Of a stretch of DNA of 61,902 nucleotides, positions 49,432 through 59,407 are shown piece after piece. The notes under the pieces are model-generated. The model was given only the letters and a program-made list of their open reading frames with translations, did not search any database and was not told where the DNA came from. Source of the DNA: Chthoniobacteraceae bacterium (GTDB taxonomy: Bacteria; Verrucomicrobiota; Verrucomicrobiia; Chthoniobacterales; Chthoniobacteraceae). Made by a program: the position numbers and the translations under genes. Each line of letters begins with the position of its first letter. Positions within the stretch are counted from its first letter, which is position 1. The stretch lies in the NCBI GenBank assembly GCA_031409335.1, contig JANNWY010000161.1, forward strand, positions 1-61,902, in the 5' to 3' direction.

Positions 49432-49920
49432 CTACGTCCGCCGCATTTTCTCGGAAAGGAATACACCCTTCACCCGCTCTGCATCGATGTCGGTCGCGAA
49501 GCCGCGGGCGGGGATGTAATAGAACGCGCCGCTCTTCGGATAAATCAGGTAGCCGGTGTCGCCTTCGACGATTTTGAACGTGTCTTCCCACGCGACCTTG
49601 ATCCCCTGCCCGTTCGCGACCATGGCGAAGCCTTTCGTGTCGAACTGGCAGCGCACTTCCTGATCATAAAACGGATGCTCGCCGATGACGCGGAGCCACA
49701 GCGCGCGGCTGATGTAGGGCCACACGAGCAGGAACGCGGCGACTCCGGCGAGGATGCCGCCTTCGAGAAAACGCTGCTCTTTCGCGATGAGCCACACGCC
49801 GCCGGCAAGCGCCACCCATGAAAAGAAGCGGAGCCATTTGGTCCACTTCCGTACGCCGCGATGGACGCCGTAAGCCTCGGAGAGGACTTCTTTGTTAAAG
49901 GGAAACTTGGCTTCGATCAT
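49432..49920 (-). CDS. YcxB-like membrane protein
   Basis: Two TM helices followed by a PH-like domain (KVAWED...YLIY.....FYYIP.RGF). Confidence 0.7.
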   Translation of the reverse strand: MIEAKFPFNKEVLSEAYGVHRGVRKWTKWLRFFSWVALAGGVWLIAKEQRFLEGGILAGVAAFLLVWPYISRALWLRVIGEHPFYDQEVRCQFDTKGFAMVANGQGIKVAWEDTFKIVEGDTGYLIYPKSGAFYYIPARGFATDIDAERVKGVFLSEKMRRT

Positions 49921-49924
49921 CGGG

Positions 49925-51163
49925 TCACCAGGAGATCGCCTGGATGCGTCTCGCGACCTCCTCGGCGTTGGCGCGCGAGTTAAAGGCGCTGATGCGGAAG
50001 TAACCTTCGCCCATCGCGCCGAAACCGCTGCCGGGGGTGATGACGACATTCGCTTCGTTCAGCATCCGATCGAACATCTGCCAGCTCGTCGTGCCTGCCG
50101 GAGTGGAGACCCAGATGTAAGGTGCATTCACGCCGCCGAAGACGCGCAGGCCGATGGCGGCGGCGGCTTCGCGGAGGATGCGCGCGTTACCCATGTAGTG
50201 CTCGACGAGCGCGGCGATCTGCGCCTTTCCCTCGGCGGAATAAAGCGCCTCGGCTCCGCGTTGCACGATGTAGGAAACGCCGTTGAATTTGGTGGTATGG
50301 CGGCGCGACCAGAGCGGATGCAGCGCCCTGCGCTCGCCGCTCGCGGTCGAGGCCATCAGCGTTTTCGGCACGACGATGAAGGCGCAACGGGTGCCGGTGA
50401 AACCGCCGTTTTTCGAGAAGCTGCGGAACTCGATCGCGCACTCGCGCGCGCCGGGGATTTCGTAGATGGAACGTGGCACCGCCGGATCGCTGATGTAAGC
50501 CTCGTAAGCGGCGTCGAACAGGATCACGGACTTGTGCTCCTGTGCATAAGCGACCCACGCGGCGAGTTGCTCGCGTGTCGCAACTGCGCCGGTCGGGTTG
50601 TTTGGAAAACAAAGGTAGATCACGTCCGCGTGTTCGCTCGGTGGCGCGGCGACGAAGCCGTTTTCGGCGGTGCAATTTAGATAGATCAATCCCGCATACG
50701 CGCCGGTCGCATCGGCCTCGCCGGTGTGTCCCGCCATCACGTTCGTATCGACGTACACGGGATAAACCGGGTCGGTAATCGCGATGCGATTTTGCGCGCC
50801 GAGGATGTCGAGGATGTTGCCGCAATCGCACTTCGATCCATCGCTCACGAAGACCTCGTCGTCCGCGACGTCGATCCCGCGCGCGCGGAAATCATTCTCC
50901 GCAATCGCGTGCCGCAACCACTCGTAACCCTGCTCCGGTCCGTAGCCGTGAAAGCCCTCGCGCGTCGCCATTTCATCCACCGCGGCGTGCATCGCCGTCA
51001 CTACCGCGGCGGGCAGCGGCTCGGTCACGTCGCCGATTCCACAACGAATGATCCGTTTCGCCGCGTCGGGATTTGCGTCGGTGAAGGCTTTCACGCGCCG
51101 CCCGATTTCGGGAAAAAGGTAACCGGCTTTGAGCTTGAGATAGTGGTCGTTGAGGAAGGCCAT
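49925..51163 (-). CDS. dapL: LL-diaminopimelate aminotransferase
   Basis: [86 protein letters not shown]. Confidence 0.97.
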   Translation of the reverse strand: MAFLNDHYLKLKAGYLFPEIGRRVKAFTDANPDAAKRIIRCGIGDVTEPLPAAVVTAMHAAVDEMATREGFHGYGPEQGYEWLRHAIAENDFRARGIDVADDEVFVSDGSKCDCGNILDILGAQNRIAITDPVYPVYVDTNVMAGHTGEADATGAYAGLIYLNCTAENGFVAAPPSEHADVIYLCFPNNPTGAVATREQLAAWVAYAQEHKSVILFDAAYEAYISDPAVPRSIYEIPGARECAIEFRSFSKNGGFTGTRCAFIVVPKTLMASTASGERRALHPLWSRRHTTKFNGVSYIVQRGAEALYSAEGKAQIAALVEHYMGNARILREAAAAIGLRVFGGVNAPYIWVSTPAGTTSWQMFDRMLNEANVVITPGSGFGAMGEGYFRISAFNSRANAEEVARRIQAISW

Positions 51164-51172
51164 TCGGGGAAA

Positions 51173-51200
51173 GTTGAGCGTTGAGTGTTGAGAGGTGAGT
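51173..51200. repeat. Short heptamer tandem repeat (gttgagN x4)
   Basis: gttgagc-gttgagt-gttgaga-ggtgagt, immediately upstream of the dapL start. Confidence 0.6.
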
Positions 51201-51281
51201 GGCGCGCAAATCCAGCGCGGGCGCGTTTTGTAGCCCGGCTCCACACGCGCCGCAAGCGAAGGGTAAAAGCGCCCGCGTTTC

Positions 51282-51320
51282 AAAAAACGCAAAACGCGCC
51301 AGCCCTCTCGGACTGGCGCG
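51282..51320 (-). terminator. Rho-independent terminator after the secretin gene
   Basis: Stem cgcgccag/ctggcgcg (51295-51320), followed on the minus strand by ttttgcgtttttt. Confidence 0.75.
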
Positions 51321-51396
51321 CGGTTGCGGTGCTGCTATGAAAAGATTTCCCGGTGGGGCGCACCCCTTGAGGCGTCCGGGTTCGCCAGTGAAAATG

Positions 51397-53121
51397 CTAG
51401 CGACGGCTCTTGCCAGAAGTCTTCAGCGCTGACTTGCGGGCGGGCGCGGTTCCGGGCGGCGGATAGTCGCCGGCACGCTGGCTCTCGGAGGTCTTGATGA
51501 GTCGCACCGCGCCGCGGGCGTTGTTCCGCCAGCCGTTCGGATCGGAGACTTCCTCGCCGCTGTCGGTGAGGCCGGTGACTTGATCTTCCAAGCCAGTGCC
51601 GTAGCCCTGCTTGATGATCGTCGGTGTTACAAAAACGAGCAGGTTGCGTTTCGTGCGGGAGTTGATGCGCTCTTGAAAGAGATAACCGAGGATCGGCACA
51701 TCGCCGAGGCCGGGAACTTTTGTGCGGCCCTTCGATGTTTCATCCTGAAGCAGGCCGCCGATCGCCAGCGTGTCGCCGCTCTTGATGAGGACGTTCGATT
51801 CGAGCGTGCGTTTGTCGATCACCGGACTGGTCACGGTCGCGCCGCCAAATTGGAACGTCGCATCGCCGACTTTGTTACTGATCTCGGGCTTCACCAGCAT
51901 CGTCACGTAGTCATCCTTGTTGATCGACGGCGTGACACTGAGCGTGTTGCCAAATTCCTTGTCCTGAAATCCGCTAAACACCGCCTGCGCGGTCTGTTCG
52001 TTGAAATTCAACTGGGGCACCGGCTGGAGGCGCGTGATCTTGATTTCCGCCTTCTGATTGCTCGCCGTGACGACGCGCGGATTCGCGAGAAACTCGGAGT
52101 CTTTGTCTTCGTTCAACAGGCGCAAAGTCGCAGACATTTGCGGAATGCTGAGGATCGCAAACTGACTGCCGAGCGCGTCGAGGAACCCGCCGTTGGTCTG
52201 GCCGTTGAGGAAAAAGTCGCGGCTATTCAGCTTGCCGGTCAGATCGTCCACTTTCCCCTGCGCAGGAGTCGCCGCGCCACCATTCGCACCCGCAATCGCC
52301 GGACTGGAGCCGCCATACTTGAAGGTTTGCGGAGACGAAGAACCGCCCACCACACCGCCCCAATTGATGCCGTAAGCCTGCTGCGGATTCGCCGTCACTT
52401 CCACCAGTCGCGCCTCGATCATCACTTGCTGAGTCGGGCGATCGACCGATGCGAGGAACAGTTTCACCTTCGCCACATTCGATTTCGCTTCGCGGTAATA
52501 AACCGTGTTCGTCCGGTCGTCGATCTGCGGCGGCACGGCGCTCTGGAGCTGGCCTTGCAGCAAAGTCGCCACGTCCTTCGCCTTTGCGTAGCTGAAAGTG
52601 TAGGAGCCACTTTCCGTCGGCTCTTTCGCACGCTCCTCCTGCGTCTTGATGAAAAACACGCCGCCGAGTTCATCCATCACGAGCCCCTTCGAAGTCACGA
52701 TGATGTCGATCGCTTCTTTCGGAGTCCGGTCCTCGATGCGCATCGTCACCGCGCCCGCCGCCAGCGCGACTTTGTCGGAAATGACGACGTTCATCTTTGC
52801 CTGCCGCGCGAGCGTGCGCAGCACGATGCCGATTTCGTCGCCCATAAATTCATTCAACCGCCCGGTCGTCGGCGCGATCGTCGTCGCCATCGTCGGTGAA
52901 ACCGCGCCCGCCGCAGTCGGATCGACAGCGCCCGCCAAGCCTGGCGTCGGCGGAAGGGTCTGCTGCGGCGTGGATGGCAGGATCGGCGGGTCGATCGGAG
53001 CCGGGCTCGCCGCAGTCTTGGTGGGATCCGCGCCGAGTGGCGGCGTCGATCCGGGAGCTTGGGAAAAAGCGGCTGCGACCGAGAGGCCGAGCGCACAAAG
53101 TGTTGAGAAGGTTTTTACCAT
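51397..53121 (-). CDS. Secretin (PilQ/GspD family)
   Basis: Signal peptide, VLRTLARQAKMN, DDRTNT, DRPTQQVMIEARLVEV, LANPRVVTASNQKA.I, L.VTPSIN, IKSGDTLAIGGLL, KVPGLGDVPILGYLF, NLLVFVTPTII. Confidence 0.93.
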   Translation of the reverse strand: MVKTFSTLCALGLSVAAAFSQAPGSTPPLGADPTKTAASPAPIDPPILPSTPQQTLPPTPGLAGAVDPTAAGAVSPTMATTIAPTTGRLNEFMGDEIGIVLRTLARQAKMNVVISDKVALAAGAVTMRIEDRTPKEAIDIIVTSKGLVMDELGGVFFIKTQEERAKEPTESGSYTFSYAKAKDVATLLQGQLQSAVPPQIDDRTNTVYYREAKSNVAKVKLFLASVDRPTQQVMIEARLVEVTANPQQAYGINWGGVVGGSSSPQTFKYGGSSPAIAGANGGAATPAQGKVDDLTGKLNSRDFFLNGQTNGGFLDALGSQFAILSIPQMSATLRLLNEDKDSEFLANPRVVTASNQKAEIKITRLQPVPQLNFNEQTAQAVFSGFQDKEFGNTLSVTPSINKDDYVTMLVKPEISNKVGDATFQFGGATVTSPVIDKRTLESNVLIKSGDTLAIGGLLQDETSKGRTKVPGLGDVPILGYLFQERINSRTKRNLLVFVTPTIIKQGYGTGLEDQVTGLTDSGEEVSDPNGWRNNARGAVRLIKTSESQRAGDYPPPGTAPARKSALKTSGKSRR

Positions 53122-53123
53122 GA

Positions 53124-54392
<1,269 letters not shown>

Positions 54393-54435
54393 CCGCAAAT
54401 TCCCGGCAGGTTCGGGACCAGAGAAACCAGCGCAT

Positions 54436-54475
54436 CGGTATGGTCATTGCTATAATTGCCATGCATTAAGGGGAG
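54436..54475 (+). promoter_or_regulatory. Putative promoter (overlapping sigma-54-like and extended -10 motifs) and RBS of the pilin cassette
   Basis: CGGTATGGTCATTGCT (GG-N10-GC, 54436-54451), TGcTATAAT (54448-54456), and AAGGGGAG (54468-54475) 5 nt before ATG 54481. Confidence 0.55.
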
Positions 54476-54480
54476 TCCGA

Positions 54481-55014
54481 ATGCAAACACACAAACAGCA
54501 ATGCGGTCGTGCATCTGACAGTAAAAATCCAACCGCCTCGGCGTTTGCGATGCTGGAGGTTCTGGTCGGAGGCGCTGTCCTGGCCATTTTTGCGGTCACC
54601 GCCAACTACGCGATGTCCATCTTCAACCGCAACGCGACAATCAACCGCAACTATCTTGCCGCGGAAGCAATCGTTCGCAATTACCTCGACCAGGCACTAG
54701 CCGCGGATTGGACCCCGGATTCGACGCCCGCGATTCTCACGGATACGAGCAGTGCCACCGGAGCCAGCACGGACCGCGACGGCGATGGCGAGGCCGACGG
54801 TGAACTCTACATCGCGAACGTTCCGCTCATCACCACACGTGACTCCCTCACCGGCAACAACCAGAATTCAGTAATCGCCGGGAATCTCTACCGGCAGGTT
54901 ACCGTCGTAGATGCCGCCTTAAAGATCGCCCGGGTGAATTTCACTCTCGTCTTCACCTACCGGAATAAGAGCTACAGTTATCGCCTTGCAACGCTGAAGG
55001 CACAGGATCAATGA
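54481..55014 (+). CDS. Prepilin-type protein (PilV-like minor pilin/pseudopilin)
   Basis: ASA|FAMLEVLVGGAVLAIF: a class III signal with F1/E5 and a hydrophobic helix. Contains a DRDGDGEAD loop. Confidence 0.75.
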   Translation: MQTHKQQCGRASDSKNPTASAFAMLEVLVGGAVLAIFAVTANYAMSIFNRNATINRNYLAAEAIVRNYLDQALAADWTPDSTPAILTDTSSATGASTDRDGDGEADGELYIANVPLITTRDSLTGNNQNSVIAGNLYRQVTVVDAALKIARVNFTLVFTYRNKSYSYRLATLKAQDQ

Positions 55015-55973
55015 AAATGGCACGCAGACCGCGAAGTCATCGCGGCTTTACTCTCGTCGAATTGTCCATTGCTGTGACGGTAATGGTCTTGCTCGGAGGC
55101 ATCGGCTTCCAGATCCTGAACGGCGGCATGATTCAGTTTGCGCGAAACATCTCGCTGAACGAATCCTCGAGACAGACGCGGACCACGCTATCGCAGGTAA
55201 AACGCTACTTCGAACAGGCAGTGGACAATCCGCAATTGGTCACCATGAGTGGTTCGCCAGCCACCTTGACGGTATCCACCGCGACCTATGCGACCGGCAT
55301 ACGCTTCCATCGTTTCGTGAGCGGCGCATACAAAGTGACGGGGCCCGTGGGCACCACAGTGGGCACAGCGCCAAACACGTTGAGTTATGTGAATTCCACT
55401 TCCTTAACCGTCACCCTCGCTTTTGCAACCGCCACCCCAGCGCCGATCGTGGGTGATCGGCTGTTGTTTCTCTACCCATACATTACCGAGTCCACGAGTG
55501 GAACGAGTGCTGGAACAAAACCGGGACGCGTCGTTTCCGCTGTTGGCGTTGTGACGACCAGCGGCGGGACGAAGACGGTCACGGTATTGCTCGCAAGCAC
55601 ACTTGGCAGCAATGTCCTCTGTGGAAATCCCGCGTATGCGGTGCGAGAAGCGGCCTTAATCACTGTGGACGGTGGCGGACGGCGCGAGCTGCGCTATTTC
55701 GATTCGACCGCCAATCTGCTCGCTTACGCCTATCTAACACGCGATCTCGATGCCACTCCCACTGCCCGCGACAGCGGGGGCACAACGATGCAGCCATTCA
55801 AACTCGTGACCGACAACACCGGCCAGCGGGTCCTGTCCGTCCAGCTCGATCTGCCCATGCGCATCATGGACTACAACGCCACTCTCACGCGACTCAAAGC
55901 GACCGACGAATTCAACTCGTACTTGCGCGCCAACGTTCTAATTCCCGTTAAGAACAACAATGCACTCAAATGA
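55011..55973 (+). CDS. Prepilin-type protein (PilW-like minor pilin/pseudopilin)
   Basis: HRG|FTLVELSIAVTVMVLLGGIGF, a canonical class III signal. ATGA overlap with the previous gene. Confidence 0.85.
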   Translation: MKMARRPRSHRGFTLVELSIAVTVMVLLGGIGFQILNGGMIQFARNISLNESSRQTRTTLSQVKRYFEQAVDNPQLVTMSGSPATLTVSTATYATGIRFHRFVSGAYKVTGPVGTTVGTAPNTLSYVNSTSLTVTLAFATATPAPIVGDRLLFLYPYITESTSGTSAGTKPGRVVSAVGVVTTSGGTKTVTVLLASTLGSNVLCGNPAYAVREAALITVDGGGRRELRYFDSTANLLAYAYLTRDLDATPTARDSGGTTMQPFKLVTDNTGQRVLSVQLDLPMRIMDYNATLTRLKATDEFNSYLRANVLIPVKNNNALK

Positions 55974-58027
55974 AAATTCCGATTCAACTCAGAAAGCAAG
56001 ATTCCGGCGGTGGACTGATCATCGCGCTATTTGTGATTGCCGTGCTGGCTCCAATTGTTGCCATCACCCTTGATTTCACGACGTCACAAGGCCTCCTGGC
56101 CCGCCGCGGTCGCGACCTGCAGACGACTGAAGCCGCTGCGGAAGCAGCGATGGAAGTCGCTTTCTCAAAGTGGAAATCGTGGGTTAAAACCAACGGCGGA
56201 CGCATTCCGCTGGTGGCAAATTGCGCGCCGACCAGCACGACCAATCCCGTTGGAATCAACGCCGCGCTAGTCCAGACCTACCTCAATGCTTCCCAAAAGT
56301 TTGATGGAGTCACGGTCACTTCATTGGCGATTGATCCCGTGGACGCAACCGAAGCGCCGATCTCCGGCACTCTGACGGATTCCGATCAAAAGGCAGCCAT
56401 GCGTTCCATGGTCCCGCTGGACAAATTTCCACGCCGCATCGGTCGCACTTATACCTATCGCGTCACCGCAACGACGACAAAGGCCGCACGCGGGCCGAAT
56501 GGTGCCGTGACTTCCACTTTGACGCGATACTTCCGGAAATCCGACGCCACGCTTTGGCAGGCCATGATGTGGTTTGAGGGTGACCTCGAACTGTTTCCAT
56601 CACCAGAAATGACGTTGTTCGGCTGGACCCACACCAATTCCAACCTTTACCTGGCTCACGCGAATAACACGAACAACCTTCGCATGAAGTCTGACGTGTC
56701 GTTCCAAGGCAGCACGACGACAATCAACAAAGGTGCGAACTCAACCCTTCAGGATGGTAACGGATTGATCTATGGAGTCAGTTACCTTCAGCAATTCAAC
56801 GAACCGGGCTGGGCAGATTGGAAGGCTCCGGTGTGGGAGGGTGGAGGTTACGACGCGCAAGTCTCGAAGGTGGACCGGCTCGATCCCTTGCCAGTGCGTC
56901 GCGAAGAGGCAGTGAACACCACTGACGCTGACACGAACAATGACAGTCTTCGCGAGATCATCGAGCGGCCCACCGATACCGATGCCAACGGGAAACGAAC
57001 CGCCGCGGATGACAATGCCAACTTCAAAGACCGCCGCTTCTATACGATGGCCGATATCAAGATCATCATCAACCGCACTGCCGCGGTGGCCGATCGCGTT
57101 AAGATTCTCGACAAGGACGACAATCGGATGACGAACCAAATGGCCACCGACATTGCCACTCTGGCCCTGGCCCAAAACGCCACGACTGGCTTGCCAAGCA
57201 CGAAGACACTTTATGACTATCGTGAGGCCGGAAACATCACCAGCAGTTCCGCGAGTGCCGCCTATGCCGCGCAAGGTGATGTGACTGCGACGAACATCGA
57301 TATCTCGAAACTCACAACGATCCTGAACAATAACTTGACCACCTATGCGAACGGCGTCATTTATTATAAGGATGAGACGCCAAACGGAACCGCGGGGGTC
57401 TCCAACAAGCGGGCGGCGCGCCTCTTGAAAGGGGGAACCTTGCCGAGCAACGGGATGACGTTTGTGACGGAGGACGGAGTCTATGTGCAAGGGGATTTCA
57501 ACACGGGGACCACCTACAATGCAACGACCGGTGCCACAGTCACTCAGCCAAACTCGAACAGTGCGGGCGGAAATCCGCTTCTCAACACCGTCACAGGTTA
57601 CACGGCGAAACCCTGTGCGGTCTGTGCGGACGCGGTAACCTTTCTCTCGAATTCATGGTCGGATGCCTACTCCCATTCGACCGCGACTAGTGGACGCGTC
57701 GGCTCGGCGACCACTTACAATACCGCATTCATGTCGGGCTACATCCCGACGAACACAGCCTACCCGACGGGTTCAAACGTCCGCAGCGGTGGCGCAATCA
57801 ACTTCCCGCGGGTGATGGAGAATTGGAACGCGAGTGCGCTGACCTACCATGGCTCGATGGTCCAGATTTTCAACAGCACCGTGTTCACTACGCCATGGGT
57901 TCCATCCGTCTATGGCGCGGCAACCCGGCGTTGGTACTTCCAGACATCCTTCATCGACAGCCCGCCGCCCGGTCCACTGGAGTTCACGCTCTACGATCGC
58001 GGGCGTTTCAGCCGTTCAGCACTATGA
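55970..58027 (+). CDS. Large PilX-like pilin with an extended C-terminal domain
   Basis: QDSG|GGLIIALFVIAVL (no E5, as in PilX/GspK), AAEAAME helix, G..HTNSNLY, VYVQGDFN, ADAVTFLS, GGAINFPR.MENW. ATGA overlap. Confidence 0.72.
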   Translation: MKIPIQLRKQDSGGGLIIALFVIAVLAPIVAITLDFTTSQGLLARRGRDLQTTEAAAEAAMEVAFSKWKSWVKTNGGRIPLVANCAPTSTTNPVGINAALVQTYLNASQKFDGVTVTSLAIDPVDATEAPISGTLTDSDQKAAMRSMVPLDKFPRRIGRTYTYRVTATTTKAARGPNGAVTSTLTRYFRKSDATLWQAMMWFEGDLELFPSPEMTLFGWTHTNSNLYLAHANNTNNLRMKSDVSFQGSTTTINKGANSTLQDGNGLIYGVSYLQQFNEPGWADWKAPVWEGGGYDAQVSKVDRLDPLPVRREEAVNTTDADTNNDSLREIIERPTDTDANGKRTAADDNANFKDRRFYTMADIKIIINRTAAVADRVKILDKDDNRMTNQMATDIATLALAQNATTGLPSTKTLYDYREAGNITSSSASAAYAAQGDVTATNIDISKLTTILNNNLTTYANGVIYYKDETPNGTAGVSNKRAARLLKGGTLPSNGMTFVTEDGVYVQGDFNTGTTYNATTGATVTQPNSNSAGGNPLLNTVTGYTAKPCAVCADAVTFLSNSWSDAYSHSTATSGRVGSATTYNTAFMSGYIPTNTAYPTGSNVRSGGAINFPRVMENWNASALTYHGSMVQIFNSTVFTTPWVPSVYGAATRRWYFQTSFIDSPPPGPLEFTLYDRGRFSRSAL

Positions 58028-58611
58028 AAGCCACCGCTCATCTTCTACTCGCTGCTCTGGTCGCCACGTCGGCGCAACCCTGCGCAGCTCTTGATTTCCG
58101 CCTCAAGAGCCTGGCCGTTGCGGACCTCGATGGCGCAACGACGGACTTCTACTTCAACGACAGCGGCAAGCGTGTTTTTTATCGGCCGCCTCCCAGCTGG
58201 CAGCTCGAGCAAAGCGCTGATCGCTTTGTGATGCGTCCGCCCGAACCGATGAGCGGTGAGGTGACCATTGAGATTGGAAAGTCTGCCGACGATTTGGCGC
58301 CGCCGGGAACCAATGATCGGGCGGCGCTCGAAGGCTACGAAACACTTGCTTGTGCGCTTCTCGCCAAGGACGCGAAGAACGCCAAAGTGTTCGAGTCTGT
58401 CACCGGCTTGTTTGGCGGTCGCGAACTTCCAGTCACGCGCATCGCCGTTTCTTACGATCTTGGCGGGCAAGAACGCTGCGCCACGTTTTGCTTCGTGCTC
58501 TACAAGCCGGACGAGGTTCTGCGAATCACGATCAAGTCGCTCGAACAAGACTACTCCCCTGTCCACGGCACTGCGCTGCACAGCTTGGAAGCTTTTACGC
58601 CGGAACCCTAA
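58024..58611 (+). CDS. Secreted hypothetical protein, translationally coupled to the pilin genes
   Basis: Signal peptide MKATAHLLLAALVATSAQPCAA. ATGA overlap at 58024-58027. Confidence 0.7.
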   Translation: MKATAHLLLAALVATSAQPCAALDFRLKSLAVADLDGATTDFYFNDSGKRVFYRPPPSWQLEQSADRFVMRPPEPMSGEVTIEIGKSADDLAPPGTNDRAALEGYETLACALLAKDAKNAKVFESVTGLFGGRELPVTRIAVSYDLGGQERCATFCFVLYKPDEVLRITIKSLEQDYSPVHGTALHSLEAFTPEP

Positions 58612-58671
58612 TTTGGCTGCGGCCGGAGCGCAGCTTTCCGTGTATTTTCAACTCCGGATTCCCATTGCGGA

Positions 58672-58797
58672 CTCCTGATCGTGCTCATGCTCTTGATCTT
58701 GACCTCCCGGTTCACGGCGGAAGCAATCGGCGAAGTCGGATCAAGATCAAGAGCAGGAGCAGGAGCAGGAAACTGGCGCGGGGTTTTCAACAGGCTG
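58672..58797. repeat. Palindromic hexamer-built repeat plus an IS/MITE-like terminus
   Basis: ctcctgatcgtgctcatgctcttgatcttga (58672-58702) pairs with tcaagatcaagagcaggagcaggagcagga (58741-58770), the first 15 bp perfectly. It is followed by ttttcaacaggctg (58784-58797). Confidence 0.7.
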
Positions 58798-58978
58798 GCG
58801 AAAACTCGCGCGCCCGATCCGTGTCGATGACACTGCCGAACCGAGCTTCGTATTCCGCGATGATCTCATCCAGGCGCGTTTGCACCAGCGCCGCAAAGCG
58901 CGCCTCGACCTCGGCTTCTTCGGCGGAGAGCGTTTCAGTTTTCAAAATCCGCAACGGACCTTCGTAATACATGGGCAT
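58787..58978 (-). pseudogene. Truncated N-terminal fragment resembling a zeta-toxin-like P-loop protein
   Basis: VEARFAALV...IAEYEARFGSVIDTDRAREFSP resembles, from recall, the segment preceding the Walker A in one zeta-toxin group. The frame stops 2 codons later, at the repeat terminus. Confidence 0.45.
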
Positions 58979-59011
58979 TCAATCGTGGCAGCTCACCGCC
59001 AGTTTCGCACT

Positions 59012-59407
59012 TCAATCCGCTGGCGTATCGTCGTCGGCGACTTCGGTGACCTCAATGCGCTCGATGAAAGCACGGCCTTTCTCAGCCAGAGCGGCGTAAC
59101 GCGGCGGCACTTCCCTGATCCACTCGACCGCGAGCTTTTGCAGGGCGATTCCGAGTTCGCGCAAGTGGCGGCCGGAAACGCGAACCTCATGCGTGGTGAA
59201 TGCGATCCGCAGGGATTCCCTTTTCTCGTCACGATCAAAATGCGCGAGCGCGAAATAGCTGTATGGCAGTACAAAAAATGCACCGCTTTGCAAATCGACA
59301 CGCAGAGCCTGCGCCTGCGGATTGCTCTCCCATGCTGCGAAGCTCGTTTCATCGGGGCGCGTCGCGTCCGCAGCATCCGCATTTCGATTTGTCTGCCGCT
59401 TTTTCAT
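59012..59407 (-). CDS. Hypothetical protein coupled to the MobF-type gene
   Basis: Start overlaps the helicase stop (ATGA). Contains FFVLPYSYF...LRIAFTTHEVRVSGRHLREL..ALQKLAVEWI. Confidence 0.7.
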   Translation of the reverse strand: MKKRQTNRNADAADATRPDETSFAAWESNPQAQALRVDLQSGAFFVLPYSYFALAHFDRDEKRESLRIAFTTHEVRVSGRHLRELGIALQKLAVEWIREVPPRYAALAEKGRAFIERIEVTEVADDDTPAD

